From an uncultured Chlamydiae bacterium (lineage in GTDB: Bacteria > Chlamydiota > Chlamydiia > Chlamydiales > Parachlamydiaceae): 64,000 bases of DNA. Positions 1-8,900 of the stretch are shown here, piece after piece. The stretch spans positions 448,001-512,000 of the forward strand of contig CAVWGN010000001.1 in the NCBI GenBank assembly GCA_963754655.1, read 5' to 3'. The number at the start of each line of letters is the position of its first letter. The first letter of the stretch is position 1. Below the pieces are notes generated by a model, which worked only from the letters and a program-made list of their open reading frames with translations, was not told the origin of the DNA and did not search any database. The position numbers and the translations under genes are program-made.

Positions 1-116
1 ATGCAAGCAAGGAAGACCAAGCGGAAGAAAACGAAGGTGAAGAGGAAGAATCCACTTCTTCTGGATACCGCGAAGAGGATTTTGCAGGAAAAGATTCAGA
101 TCGGGAGGAAAAATAA
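1..116 (+). CDS. rpsB: 3' end of 30S ribosomal protein S2 (partial, acidic C-terminal tail)
   Basis: Open frame ASKEDQAEENEGEEEE...DREEK ends in TAA at 114-116, 2 nt before tsf; the call rests on conserved rpsB-tsf synteny. Confidence 0.7.
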   Translation, partial: ASKEDQAEENEGEEEESTSSGYREEDFAGKDSDREEK

Positions 117-118
117 CT

Positions 119-967
119 ATGGCAGCCATTACTCCTGCAATGATTAAAGAGCTACGCGAGCGCACTGGCGTAGGAATGGGAAAATGCAAAGAGGCACTAG
201 AAGAAGCAAAAGGAGACATGGAATTAGCCATTGCGAATTTGCGTAAATCTGGCATGGCTTCAGCTGTTAAAAAAGAGGGACGCGAAACGAAAGAAGGAAT
301 GATTGGGACGGCTGAAACAGATCAAACTGTTGTCCTAGTAGAGGTCAATGCAGAAACTGATTTTGTGGTTAAAAACGAGCGTTTTAAGCAGTTTTTAGAC
401 AATATTACAGAAGAAGTCGCGCATACAAATCCTCCCTCTTTAGATGCTTTTCTTCAACAGAAATACTCCAAAGAACCCAGTTTAACGATTGATCAATATC
501 GTGCAACTGTCGTGCAAACCATTGGAGAAAATATTCAAATTAGACGTCTCTTGAAATTACCGAAGTCTCCCGATCGTTCATTAGGGATTTACTCTCATCT
601 GGGAGGAAGAATCGTGACGGTTGTGGAATTGACAGGGAGCGGCAATGAAGAGGCGTTAGCTAAAGACATCGCCATGCATATTGCGGCAGCTGCGCCCGAA
701 TATTTATCTCCTGAAAAAGTGCCACCAGAAATTATCAACAACGAAAAAGACATTGCGCGCAGCCAAATCCAAGGCAAGCCGGCCCATATTGTTGATAAGA
801 TCCTAGAAGGCAAAATCAATGATTATTACACGACGACAACGTTAACTCATCAAAAGTACATTAGAGATGATTCGATGACAATCACTGATTTGGTGAATAA
901 ACGCGCCAAAGAAAGTGGCAAGCCATTGACCATCTCTCATTTCACTCGCTGGTCAGTCGGACAGTAA
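119..967 (+). CDS. tsf: Translation elongation factor Ts
   Basis: IKELRERTGVGMGKCKEAL, EVNAETDFV, DIAMHIAA motifs. Confidence 0.98.
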   Translation: MAAITPAMIKELRERTGVGMGKCKEALEEAKGDMELAIANLRKSGMASAVKKEGRETKEGMIGTAETDQTVVLVEVNAETDFVVKNERFKQFLDNITEEVAHTNPPSLDAFLQQKYSKEPSLTIDQYRATVVQTIGENIQIRRLLKLPKSPDRSLGIYSHLGGRIVTVVELTGSGNEEALAKDIAMHIAAAAPEYLSPEKVPPEIINNEKDIARSQIQGKPAHIVDKILEGKINDYYTTTTLTHQKYIRDDSMTITDLVNKRAKESGKPLTISHFTRWSVGQ

Positions 968-1035
968 TTTCTTTTCTTCATAAACGGCAGAAAAGACGAG
1001 CTTAGTTGAGTAGTCAAGCTTGAAATAATCTTATA

Positions 1036-1068
1036 AAAGCCTCTAATTAAACATTAGAGGTTTTTTTT
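1036..1068 (+). terminator. Intrinsic terminator after tsf
   Basis: Stem CCTCTAAT/ATTAGAGG followed by T8. Confidence 0.75.
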
Positions 1069-1445
1069 GATTTCCAATAATTGTTAAAATTTGCAAGAAA
1101 TTGAATATAAATTCTTAAATTTCTTGCACCGCAATATCCGCAAAAATTTCTTAAAAAGAATCCACTAAAAATTAGTATAGCGAGAGTTTCTCGGAAATTT
1201 ACGCTTGTGGAGATCCCTCTAACGGCGACACAGGCAAACTGGTCTACGAGTTAGGGGCCGTTGAAGCAAGAAAGGCCAAAAAAGATTCGAGGCAAAAAAA
1301 GTTATAGAAAAATATTGAGACATTCAATAGTATGCTAGCAAATAGCAGTGAGGCAGAGTTCTTTGAGGAGGTCTCGGTAAAATTTGATCGAGAAAATTTC
1401 TTGTTTTTCTCTTATTTGCTGCCAAACTTTGGGTCATGTCATAGC

Positions 1446-1839
1446 CAGGGTGTTGATTTTTGCAAAAAATGAGCTTTATTTTTCACAATAATTGGCATAG
1501 TTGAATTGAAAGTCGCATGTTTATGCCGTCCTTTCAGGACTCGATGTCTTGTTGATAGAACCCAGGCCTCCGCTTCGCTGCGACCTGGGCTGTAACATGA
1601 CGGCCCTTCAGGCCTTAACAAGAGATGTTTAAGTCCCTCTTCTATAGTCCCTAAATCATCTTTTTGTTAAGGCCTGAAGAGCCGTCATGTTACAGCCCAG
1701 GTCGCAGCGAAGCGGAGGCCTGGGTTCTATCAACAAGACATCGAGTCCTGAAAGGACGGCATAAACATGCGACTTTCAATTCAACTATGCCAATTATTGT
1801 GAAAAATAAAGCTCATTTTTGCACAAAATGAACATCCTA
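1446..1839. mobile_element. Palindromic non-coding element, family A, copy 1 (MITE/REPIN-like)
   Basis: About 180-bp inverted arms around a ~29-nt spacer; near-identical to copies at 5199, 15860 and 36173; direct repeat TGTCATAGC at 1437-1445 and 1846-1854. Confidence 0.85.
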
Positions 1840-1879
1840 ACCCCGTGTCATAGCAAGTAAAAAGAAAAGGAAATATCTT

Positions 1880-2683
1880 ATGAGCAGAAAATTTTTGATA
1901 TGCGCATTATTATTGTGTGTATGTCCATTGAGCAGTTTTGTTTTCGCCAACTATGAGGGTATATTAAATGAGAAGTTAAATTCAGAAGAACTTCTTCGAA
2001 GTAAATCTGAAAAGGATTTTCGTCTTTCTTGTTTCTTAAAGAAATGTAGAGGTCCTAGAGGTCCGACTGGGCCAACAGGAGCAGCCGGAGCAATGGGTGC
2101 CACTGGAGCAACAGGACCTTGTTGTACAGGCGCGACCGGAGCAACTGGAGCAACAGGCCCCACTGGAGCAACTGGAGCAACAGGCCCCACTGGAGCAACT
2201 GGAGCAACAGGCTCCACTGGAGCAACCGGACCAACAGGTCCTGGAGCAACCGGATCAACAGGCCCCACTGGAACATTGGCTGCCAATTACTTTTTTGCAT
2301 CTCAAGGCGAGACAAATAGTATAACTGCTAATAATAACATTCTTTTTAATTTAGGTACGGTGCAGCAAAACTCTGGTGAATATTCATTTGATGGATCCAC
2401 TGTTACTTTTCCAGGACCTGGAAGTTATTATATTACGGTTAATATAATAACAGAAACAGGCATAGGAAGCTCACCAGTAGACCCTATGGCAGAACCATTA
2501 ATTAATTCAACATTCCCTTCTGTACCCTTGTCAACAACGCCCGGTACACCTAATATCATAAGCGGAATTGTGGTTATACCTGTTGGAGGTCCTTATACAT
2601 TCTCATTAACCTATACAGATATTCATTCAGCTCGTTATTATTATGGCTATACAAGCATAAATATTTTTCAAATAGCTCCATAA
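1880..2683 (+). CDS. Secreted collagen-like (Gly-X-Thr repeat) protein with C-terminal beta-rich domain
   Basis: Signal peptide (..VFA|N), ~24 GAT/GPT triplets, BclA-like architecture. Confidence 0.85.
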   Translation: MSRKFLICALLLCVCPLSSFVFANYEGILNEKLNSEELLRSKSEKDFRLSCFLKKCRGPRGPTGPTGAAGAMGATGATGPCCTGATGATGATGPTGATGATGPTGATGATGSTGATGPTGPGATGSTGPTGTLAANYFFASQGETNSITANNNILFNLGTVQQNSGEYSFDGSTVTFPGPGSYYITVNIITETGIGSSPVDPMAEPLINSTFPSVPLSTTPGTPNIISGIVVIPVGGPYTFSLTYTDIHSARYYYGYTSINIFQIAP

Positions 2684-2722
2684 TTTGATCTTTAAATATT
2701 GTTTGTCAATAAGAATTTGGTC

Positions 2723-2760
2723 ATTAGCAAAAGGGCAAATCAGCCCTTTTGCTAATTTAT
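2723..2760. terminator. Hairpin terminator between convergent genes
   Basis: Perfect 14-bp stem ATTAGCAAAAGGGC/GCCCTTTTGCTAAT. Confidence 0.7.
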
Positions 2761-3024
2761 CCTGATCCGCTCGTTGGTGAATCCGCATCACTCATTGGTT
2801 TGTGACTGCCTCATATACGTCCATGAACGCCTAGCTACATCCTGTCATCCTTTGCGAACTTAAATGTCTCAGACAATACTCTATTGGCTAATATTATTTG
2901 GAGTCATCACCAAGTAGCTCGGTTGTTACCAACCCTTGGGCCCTTAAGAACTTTACGTGATAATCCCTCATAAATTAAGGTAACTATCATCACAGCATAG
3001 CATAATCGTTATCAAGTATTTTAA

Positions 3025-3990
3025 TCAAAAAGCCCTGCAGTTATAGTCTTTATCATTTATCGGTTTTACATATTGTCTATCTATGAGAAAAAGAGTGATG
3101 TCTTTAGTCCTCCCTGGTCTTCCTAAAGTTCTTGCAGGCCACACTTCATTGATTAATCCAAATTGATAAATCAAGATAGATAATGCATTCTCATCCGATC
3201 TTACTGAAAAAAAAGCTTCAGGATGCTTGGCTGCCTGATACCATGCCTCAACTAGGCCTGCTGTTTTTGGATTAGTAAAATCGATTCCAAATATTAATGC
3301 AGCGCAAATGCGAATAGAATATGTTTGCTCAAGAGTAAGACCAAAAGCGGCAGCCGCATCTTCATTCATATACGGTCCTACATTATGAATATTCCCTATC
3401 ACAAAAAACCCCTTATCCTGAATCATTTGAAAAATTTTATTCAAGCTAACCCAAGGAAGGATAGAAGAATCAAGCCAAAGAACACGTTTATATCCCTTTT
3501 TCTGCATTTCTCTTAAAAAACATACCTTAAAAGCATAAGGAACATGTGCAAGGATAATATCCCCTTCCGAAGTATTCGGCCATCCTCCAATGCGATAATG
3601 AACATGTCCACGAAAATCTGAATGGCTGATCACGTCGACAAGTCTACGTACACCACAAGGGTATTTTCGATTGAAAGAAGCATATGTGATAATGCAATTT
3701 TCTTTTTCATCTTCTGAAGAATTGACTGCAATCCAATGATATTCTGGTTTTTCATTCGATGATTGACCAATAATTTTAAATTGCTTGGCAATAAAAGCCG
3801 TATCCCCCATTCTCTCCACTATAGGCCGTTTGGTATTCGATAACTTGTCTTGAATCTTAAAAAGATCTTCTTCAGTTGGATCATAAAGATTTGAGATTTC
3901 TGCATAAACATCAGTCACAGGATCCAATTCAGAAGCTTGAGATGAGAAACAAAACATTAATAGGATAATTGAAAAAAGTCTAATTTTCAT
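3025..3990 (-). CDS. Signal-peptide-bearing putative glycosyltransferase-like protein
   Basis: Signal ..SQA|S; YAFKV, RVLWLDSSI (DxD-like) and RSDENALS motifs resemble GT-A fold nucleotide-sugar transferases. Confidence 0.55.
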   Translation of the reverse strand: MKIRLFSIILLMFCFSSQASELDPVTDVYAEISNLYDPTEEDLFKIQDKLSNTKRPIVERMGDTAFIAKQFKIIGQSSNEKPEYHWIAVNSSEDEKENCIITYASFNRKYPCGVRRLVDVISHSDFRGHVHYRIGGWPNTSEGDIILAHVPYAFKVCFLREMQKKGYKRVLWLDSSILPWVSLNKIFQMIQDKGFFVIGNIHNVGPYMNEDAAAAFGLTLEQTYSIRICAALIFGIDFTNPKTAGLVEAWYQAAKHPEAFFSVRSDENALSILIYQFGLINEVWPARTLGRPGRTKDITLFLIDRQYVKPINDKDYNCRAF

Positions 3991-4425
3991 TCTACCTAAC
4001 CTAATTTTTATGTTTTTAGGGCCAAACCCAGAAGAGATGTCTTCTTTTGAAAGAGCATTTTATTGGTATTACACTAATTATCTATTAATTTCCACTTGTG
4101 CTTTTTATTTCATACGAAGCGATATCGTCTTTCAAAATCATGACTTTGATCTACTCTTGCGATTTTCAGGATAGGGATGTCTTTCAACTGATTGCAGGAA
4201 CTTAGCCAGGGTTCCTGAGCTGGACTCACAGGATTATTGCTATAACAGTCCAGACCTGCCTTTAGGAGAAAGTAATAACGAAACCACTTGGTGTAACGAT
4301 TTCAGTGATCCCCCTTATTGACCTACCTTACGCAGATGATTCAAAAAATTGAGCCTTTGATCAAAACATTCCATGATTGAACTCAGGCATGTGCATACAA
4401 TGAGTTGCATTAGCTTTATGCGTCG

Positions 4426-4515
4426 GAGCCTGAAGGGCTCTAAATTGAAATAGCCCAGGCCAGCGGCCTGGGAAAAAAACACCCCCATATCGTAGTCTGA
4501 AAGACTACAAGAGAA
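4426..4515. repeat. REP-like hairpin cluster upstream of the Y1 transposase relic
   Basis: GAGCCTGAAGGGCTC, CCCAGGCCAGCGGCCTGGG and GTAGTCTGAAAGACTACAAGAGAA; an inverted copy of the last motif lies at 5148-5171. Confidence 0.7.
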
Positions 4516-4518
4516 ATT

Positions 4519-5147
4519 GTGGCTCACTCGCTTGCAAGGGTGTGATTAAATCTGGGAGTTTATATTTTTAGCAGATCGATACAAAATGGTAGAGCGGCGG
4601 TAGCCGCTTTCAGTGGAAGCCCCGTATGAAGCGAGCTTGCGAGTGGAATGCGGGGTGGGCATCAATAAAATATAAACCGCGGAAGCGGTGTAAGTGATCT
4701 TACGCTGCTTCCGCAGCTCAATGCTATCTTGCCTACACCCCGCATTCCGCTCGCAAGCTCGCTTCATACGGGGCTTCCACTGAAAGCGGCTACCGCCGCC
4801 CTACAATTTCGTATCGATCTGCTAAAAATATAAACTCCCAGATTTAATCACACCCCACTTGCAAGCATTCTTAATTCATATCCTATCAGGACCAAAACAC
4901 GCCGGCCATTTATACACCAATTATTCAGGATCTTCATTGTGATAGGACAAGTATGGGGCATGCGTATGGTTGCCATGCTTTTGAAATTGGAGGAGTTGAG
5001 AATCTATATATTCATCTTCTTGTCTCTTTATCTCGTACTTTGCCATTGGGTAAGTTTATTAAGGAGGTTAAGAAAGGATCTTTTAAATGGATAAAAAACA
5101 AATGGGGGGGAATTACGTTTGATGAAAACATGTTTGGGATTAGATGA
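4519..5147 (+). pseudogene. tnpA: IS200/IS605-like Y1 HUH transposase (TnpA/RAYT-like), disrupted
   Basis: MAHSLA start at 4519 interrupted by element B; resumes with frameshifted IHIL/TKTRRPFI; EIGGVENLYIHLLVSLSRTLPLGKFIKEVKKGSFKWIK; catalytic Tyr region appears deleted; flanked by inverted REP-like hairpins. Confidence 0.75.
4538..4855. mobile_element. Palindromic non-coding element, family B, copy 1
   Basis: 318 bp, GGGTGTGATTAAATCTGGG...CCCAGATTTAATCACACCC, ~115-bp arms; flanks CGCTTGCAA/CACTTGCAA (9-bp duplication, 1 mismatch). Confidence 0.88.
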
Positions 5148-5198
5148 TTCTCTTGTAGTCCTTCAGACTACATGACAATAGCCAATCTAACCCAGGGC

Positions 5199-5594
5199 TA
5201 GGGTGTTCATTTTGTGCAAAAAATGAGCTTTATTTTTCACAATAATTGGCATAGTTAAATTGAAGGTCGCATGTTTATGCCGTCCTTTCAGGACTCGATG
5301 TCTTTTTGATAGAACCCAGGCCTCCGCTTCGCTGCGACCTGGGCTGTAACATGACGGCCCTTCAGGCCTTAACAAAAAGATGATTTAGGGACTATAGAAG
5401 AGGGACTTAAACATCTCTTGTTAAGGCCTGAAGGGCCGTCATGTTACAGCCCAGGTCGCAGCGAAGCGGAGGCCTGGGTTCTATCAAAAAGACATCGAGT
5501 CCTGAAAGGACGGCATAAACATGCGACCTTCAATTCAACTATGCCAATTATTGTGAAAAATAAAGCTCATTTTTTGCACAAAATGAACACCCTA
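5199..5594. mobile_element. Palindromic element family A, copy 2
   Basis: 396 bp, TAGGGTGTTCATTTTGTGC...GCACAAAATGAACACCCTA; exact 9-bp direct repeat ACCCAGGGC at 5190-5198 and 5595-5603. Confidence 0.9.
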
Positions 5595-5970
5595 ACCCAG
5601 GGCGATGCCTTGGGCTATTTTTATTTGAAGCCTTTCAGGCTATTAAACAAATCAAGCTATTTGATTATTTAAAGGATATCGCTGATTCTTTGACTTCGCT
5701 TACATAAGATAAGTTATTGACTTAAACGTTGATAGATGTAAATACAGAACTCTCAGCTAATTAAAAAAACTTATCTTCTTGGTCTAGAAATGTTGGTTTA
5801 AAAAAACGCCCTGCTCACGAGGAGAGGGCATATGACTGCAGATCCGCAGAGAACGCTGAGCAAACGTAGAGAGAACTTTTAAGGTACTAATAAAACTACT
5901 TTCATTGTTATAGACCTCATGGTCAAATTAACCATGAGAATCTATAGCAATGTGAGCTACTTGAAGTGAG

Positions 5971-8900
5971 TTATTTCATTCTGTAGCTGTATTTCCTTTT
6001 AGAAGGCCTGGGTTTGTGTTTTTTATGAAAACAACTTTCCTTTCTCTTAATCTGAATACTATAATTCTGAGAGCCAACACACCCATTGTGGTCGATGGCA
6101 GTCACTGTAAAACCATAAACGCCCAATTTAGCCGGAATACCGGAGATGATCCCTGTTACAGTATTCACAACGAGCCCAGGTGGAAGCTGTCCACTTGATA
6201 CGCTGTAGGTATAAGGTGCCGTTCCTCCGCTCGCCTGGACCGACGTTTCATAGTAAGTTTTCAATTCACCTACTGGTCTACAAATGGGATCAAGTGTAAT
6301 GGTCGGACAATAGATAGTGAGACTCACATTCTCAGAAAGTGCACAACAAGTCTGGGAGCCTACACATCCAGGACCTGTTTCTGCAATAATGGTAAATGCA
6401 TAAGTTCCGACCCTTGTTGGAATTCCAGAAATTACAGGAGTCGTCGTTCCGGATCCACTCAACACTAATCCAGGTGGAAGAGATCCATTTATCACGCTAA
6501 ACGCATAGGCCGAAGCACCACCAGAAACTGTTAATGATGACCCTGATGAATAAGGTATCCCCACTAAACCAGTTGTAGGAGAAATTAAACCTAACGTTCC
6601 TCCCGGACAATTGATGGTGATGTTATAAGCGACAATGCTTACGCACCCAAATGCATCTGTTAACTGAACGTCAAAAGTATACGTCCCTGCTAGTATCGGA
6701 ATGCCCGAAATCACGCCGGTCGTAGAAGTTAAGACTAAGCCTGGGGGAAGAAATCCACTTATTACGCTAAACGTATAAGGCATCGACCCTCCAGATGCAG
6801 CTATCGTTGTGGAATAGGGTGTGTCTAAAGTGCCGTTCGGTAGCGGTGAAGGTGTAGTCAAAGAAATGATAGGACAGGTAATGAGGAGAGTATAAGTCAT
6901 CGCCGCACTACAGTTATCGCTGTCTAGCACCTCAATAGTAAAACTATACGGGCCCGCTAGCGTTGGAATTCCAGAAATTATACCGGAATTGGGGTTCAAG
7001 TGTAATCCTGGAGGAAGGCTTCCATTTATCACGCTAAAAGTATGAGATAGGGGATCTCCGGAAACGTTAATCGTTGTTGAATAGAACATGCCTACCGGTC
7101 CACTAGGCAGCGGGGAAGGTGTGATAAAAGAAATAATGGGACAATTAATAGGTATAGTATAAGTCCTTGTCCCAATACAGCCATAGCGATCTGTCTCTTC
7201 AATATCAAAAGTATAAATGCCCATTTGGGTTGGGTATCCAGAAATCACGCCGGTCGTAGGATCTAAGACTACTCCTGGAGGAAGGGACCCACTTATGAAG
7301 CTAAACGTATCAGGCGGCGTCCCTCCATGACCGCTTATCAATGCGGAATAGGGTTCGCCCACATAACCAGCGTCCAGAATGGCTGCAACGAGCGCAATAT
7401 TTGGACAATTAACAGTTATAGTATAAGTTATAGAAGCGAAACAGTTATCAAAGGCTTGCACTTCAATGTCAAAACTATAAGTGCCCGCTTTCGTTAACGT
7501 TCCCGAAATTTCACCATTTGCGGGATTGAATTTTAATCCTGGCGGAAGATCTTCATTTGCCACACTAAACGTATAATAAGGTGGCGTAATGCCGCCTATC
7601 GATGGGATTATGCGCACTGGTCCATAGGGAGTTCCCACAACAAAACCACCAGGAGGAGGAGTCAAAGTGGGTGGAGTAATCGTAATGGTTGGGCAAGTAA
7701 TGGGGAGTGTGTAAGTTACAGAAGCTGCACAGTTATAAAAATCTTTCACTAAGATGTCAAAACTATAAGTACCAGCGCTCGTTGGCGTTCCCCAAATCAT
7801 ACCATTTGCGGGATTCAATTCTACTCCTGGGGGGAGAGCTCCGCTTGTCACAGTAAACGTATAAGGTAGTGTACCTTCACCTTCGCTAGGCTCTATTAGA
7901 ACTGGTCCATAGGCCATTCCTACCGTACCAGCTGTCAGAGTAGTAGATGTAGGGGGATTGATCGTAATGGTTGGACATTTAATGTGGATGGTATACTGCT
8001 TTGACCCAACACAGCCATTGGAATCTGTCGCCTGAATATCAAAACTATAATCGCCCATTTGCGTCGGAGTCCCCGAAATCGTGCCCGTGGGATCCAAGAC
8101 TAAGCCTGGAGGAAAAGTTCTGCTCAATACACTATAGGTAAAAGATCCCGTATATCCCTCTTCCGTAGCTACTATCTGAACTGGGGTATAGGGAGTTCCT
8201 ACAGTACCGGATGACAGAGGAGATGGAGGGGACGTGATCGTAATAAGTGGACAAGTGATGGGAATGGTGTAAGTTGCAGAAGCTAAACAGTTATCGAAAA
8301 ATCGCGCTTCAATGTCAAAACTATAATTGCCTGCTTTCGTTGGCGTTCCCGAAATCATACCATTTGCAGGATTGAATTCTACTCCTGGCGGAAGATCTCC
8401 GCTTGCCACCCAAAGCGTATAATAAGGTGTCGGCGTAACTCCGGTTATCGATGCCGATATCTGCAGTGGTGTATCTCCTGGTGGATAGGGAGATCCTACA
8501 GTACCAGCTGGTATAGGGATTGAGGAAGAGATCGTAATGGGTGGACAACTAATGGGGAGCGTGTAAGTTACAGAAGCTGTACAGTTATAAAAATCTTTCA
8601 CCAAAATGTCAAAACTATAAGTGCCTGCTCTCGTTGGCGTTCCTGAAATCATACCATTTGCGGGATTCAATTCTACTCCTGGGGGAAGAGCTCCGCTTGT
8701 CACAGTAAACGTATAAGGTGGGGTACCATCTTCAGGCGTTATCTGAACTGTTTCTCCTGGTAGTGGTGGATAGGGCTTTCCTACAGTACCAGATGTCAGA
8801 GGAGATGTAGGAGAAGGAGTGATCGTAATAACTGGACATTTAATGGGGATGGTATACTGCATTGACCCGACACAGCCATAGCTATCTGTCGCCTGAATAC

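Noticed and set aside
1439..1621. Repeated small ORFs MLRPEGPSCYSPGRSEAEAW... (also at 5187, 5418, 15848, 16079, 36670)
   Set aside because: They are read-outs of the family A palindrome arms on both strands, with TTG starts, no evident RBS and variable ends
1951..2324. Alternative-frame repeat ORFs over the collagen-like gene
   Set aside because: Shadows of the GXT repeat in other frames and on the other strand
4546..4767. 73-aa ORF inside element B, and 65-aa ORF at 25192-25389
   Set aside because: Both lie within palindromic repeats and show no coding features
5199..5594. Reading element A as an IS630-type insertion with a TA duplication
   Set aside because: This would require a pre-existing tandem ACCCAGGGC; a 9-bp duplication with TAGGG ends restores the REP hairpin more simply
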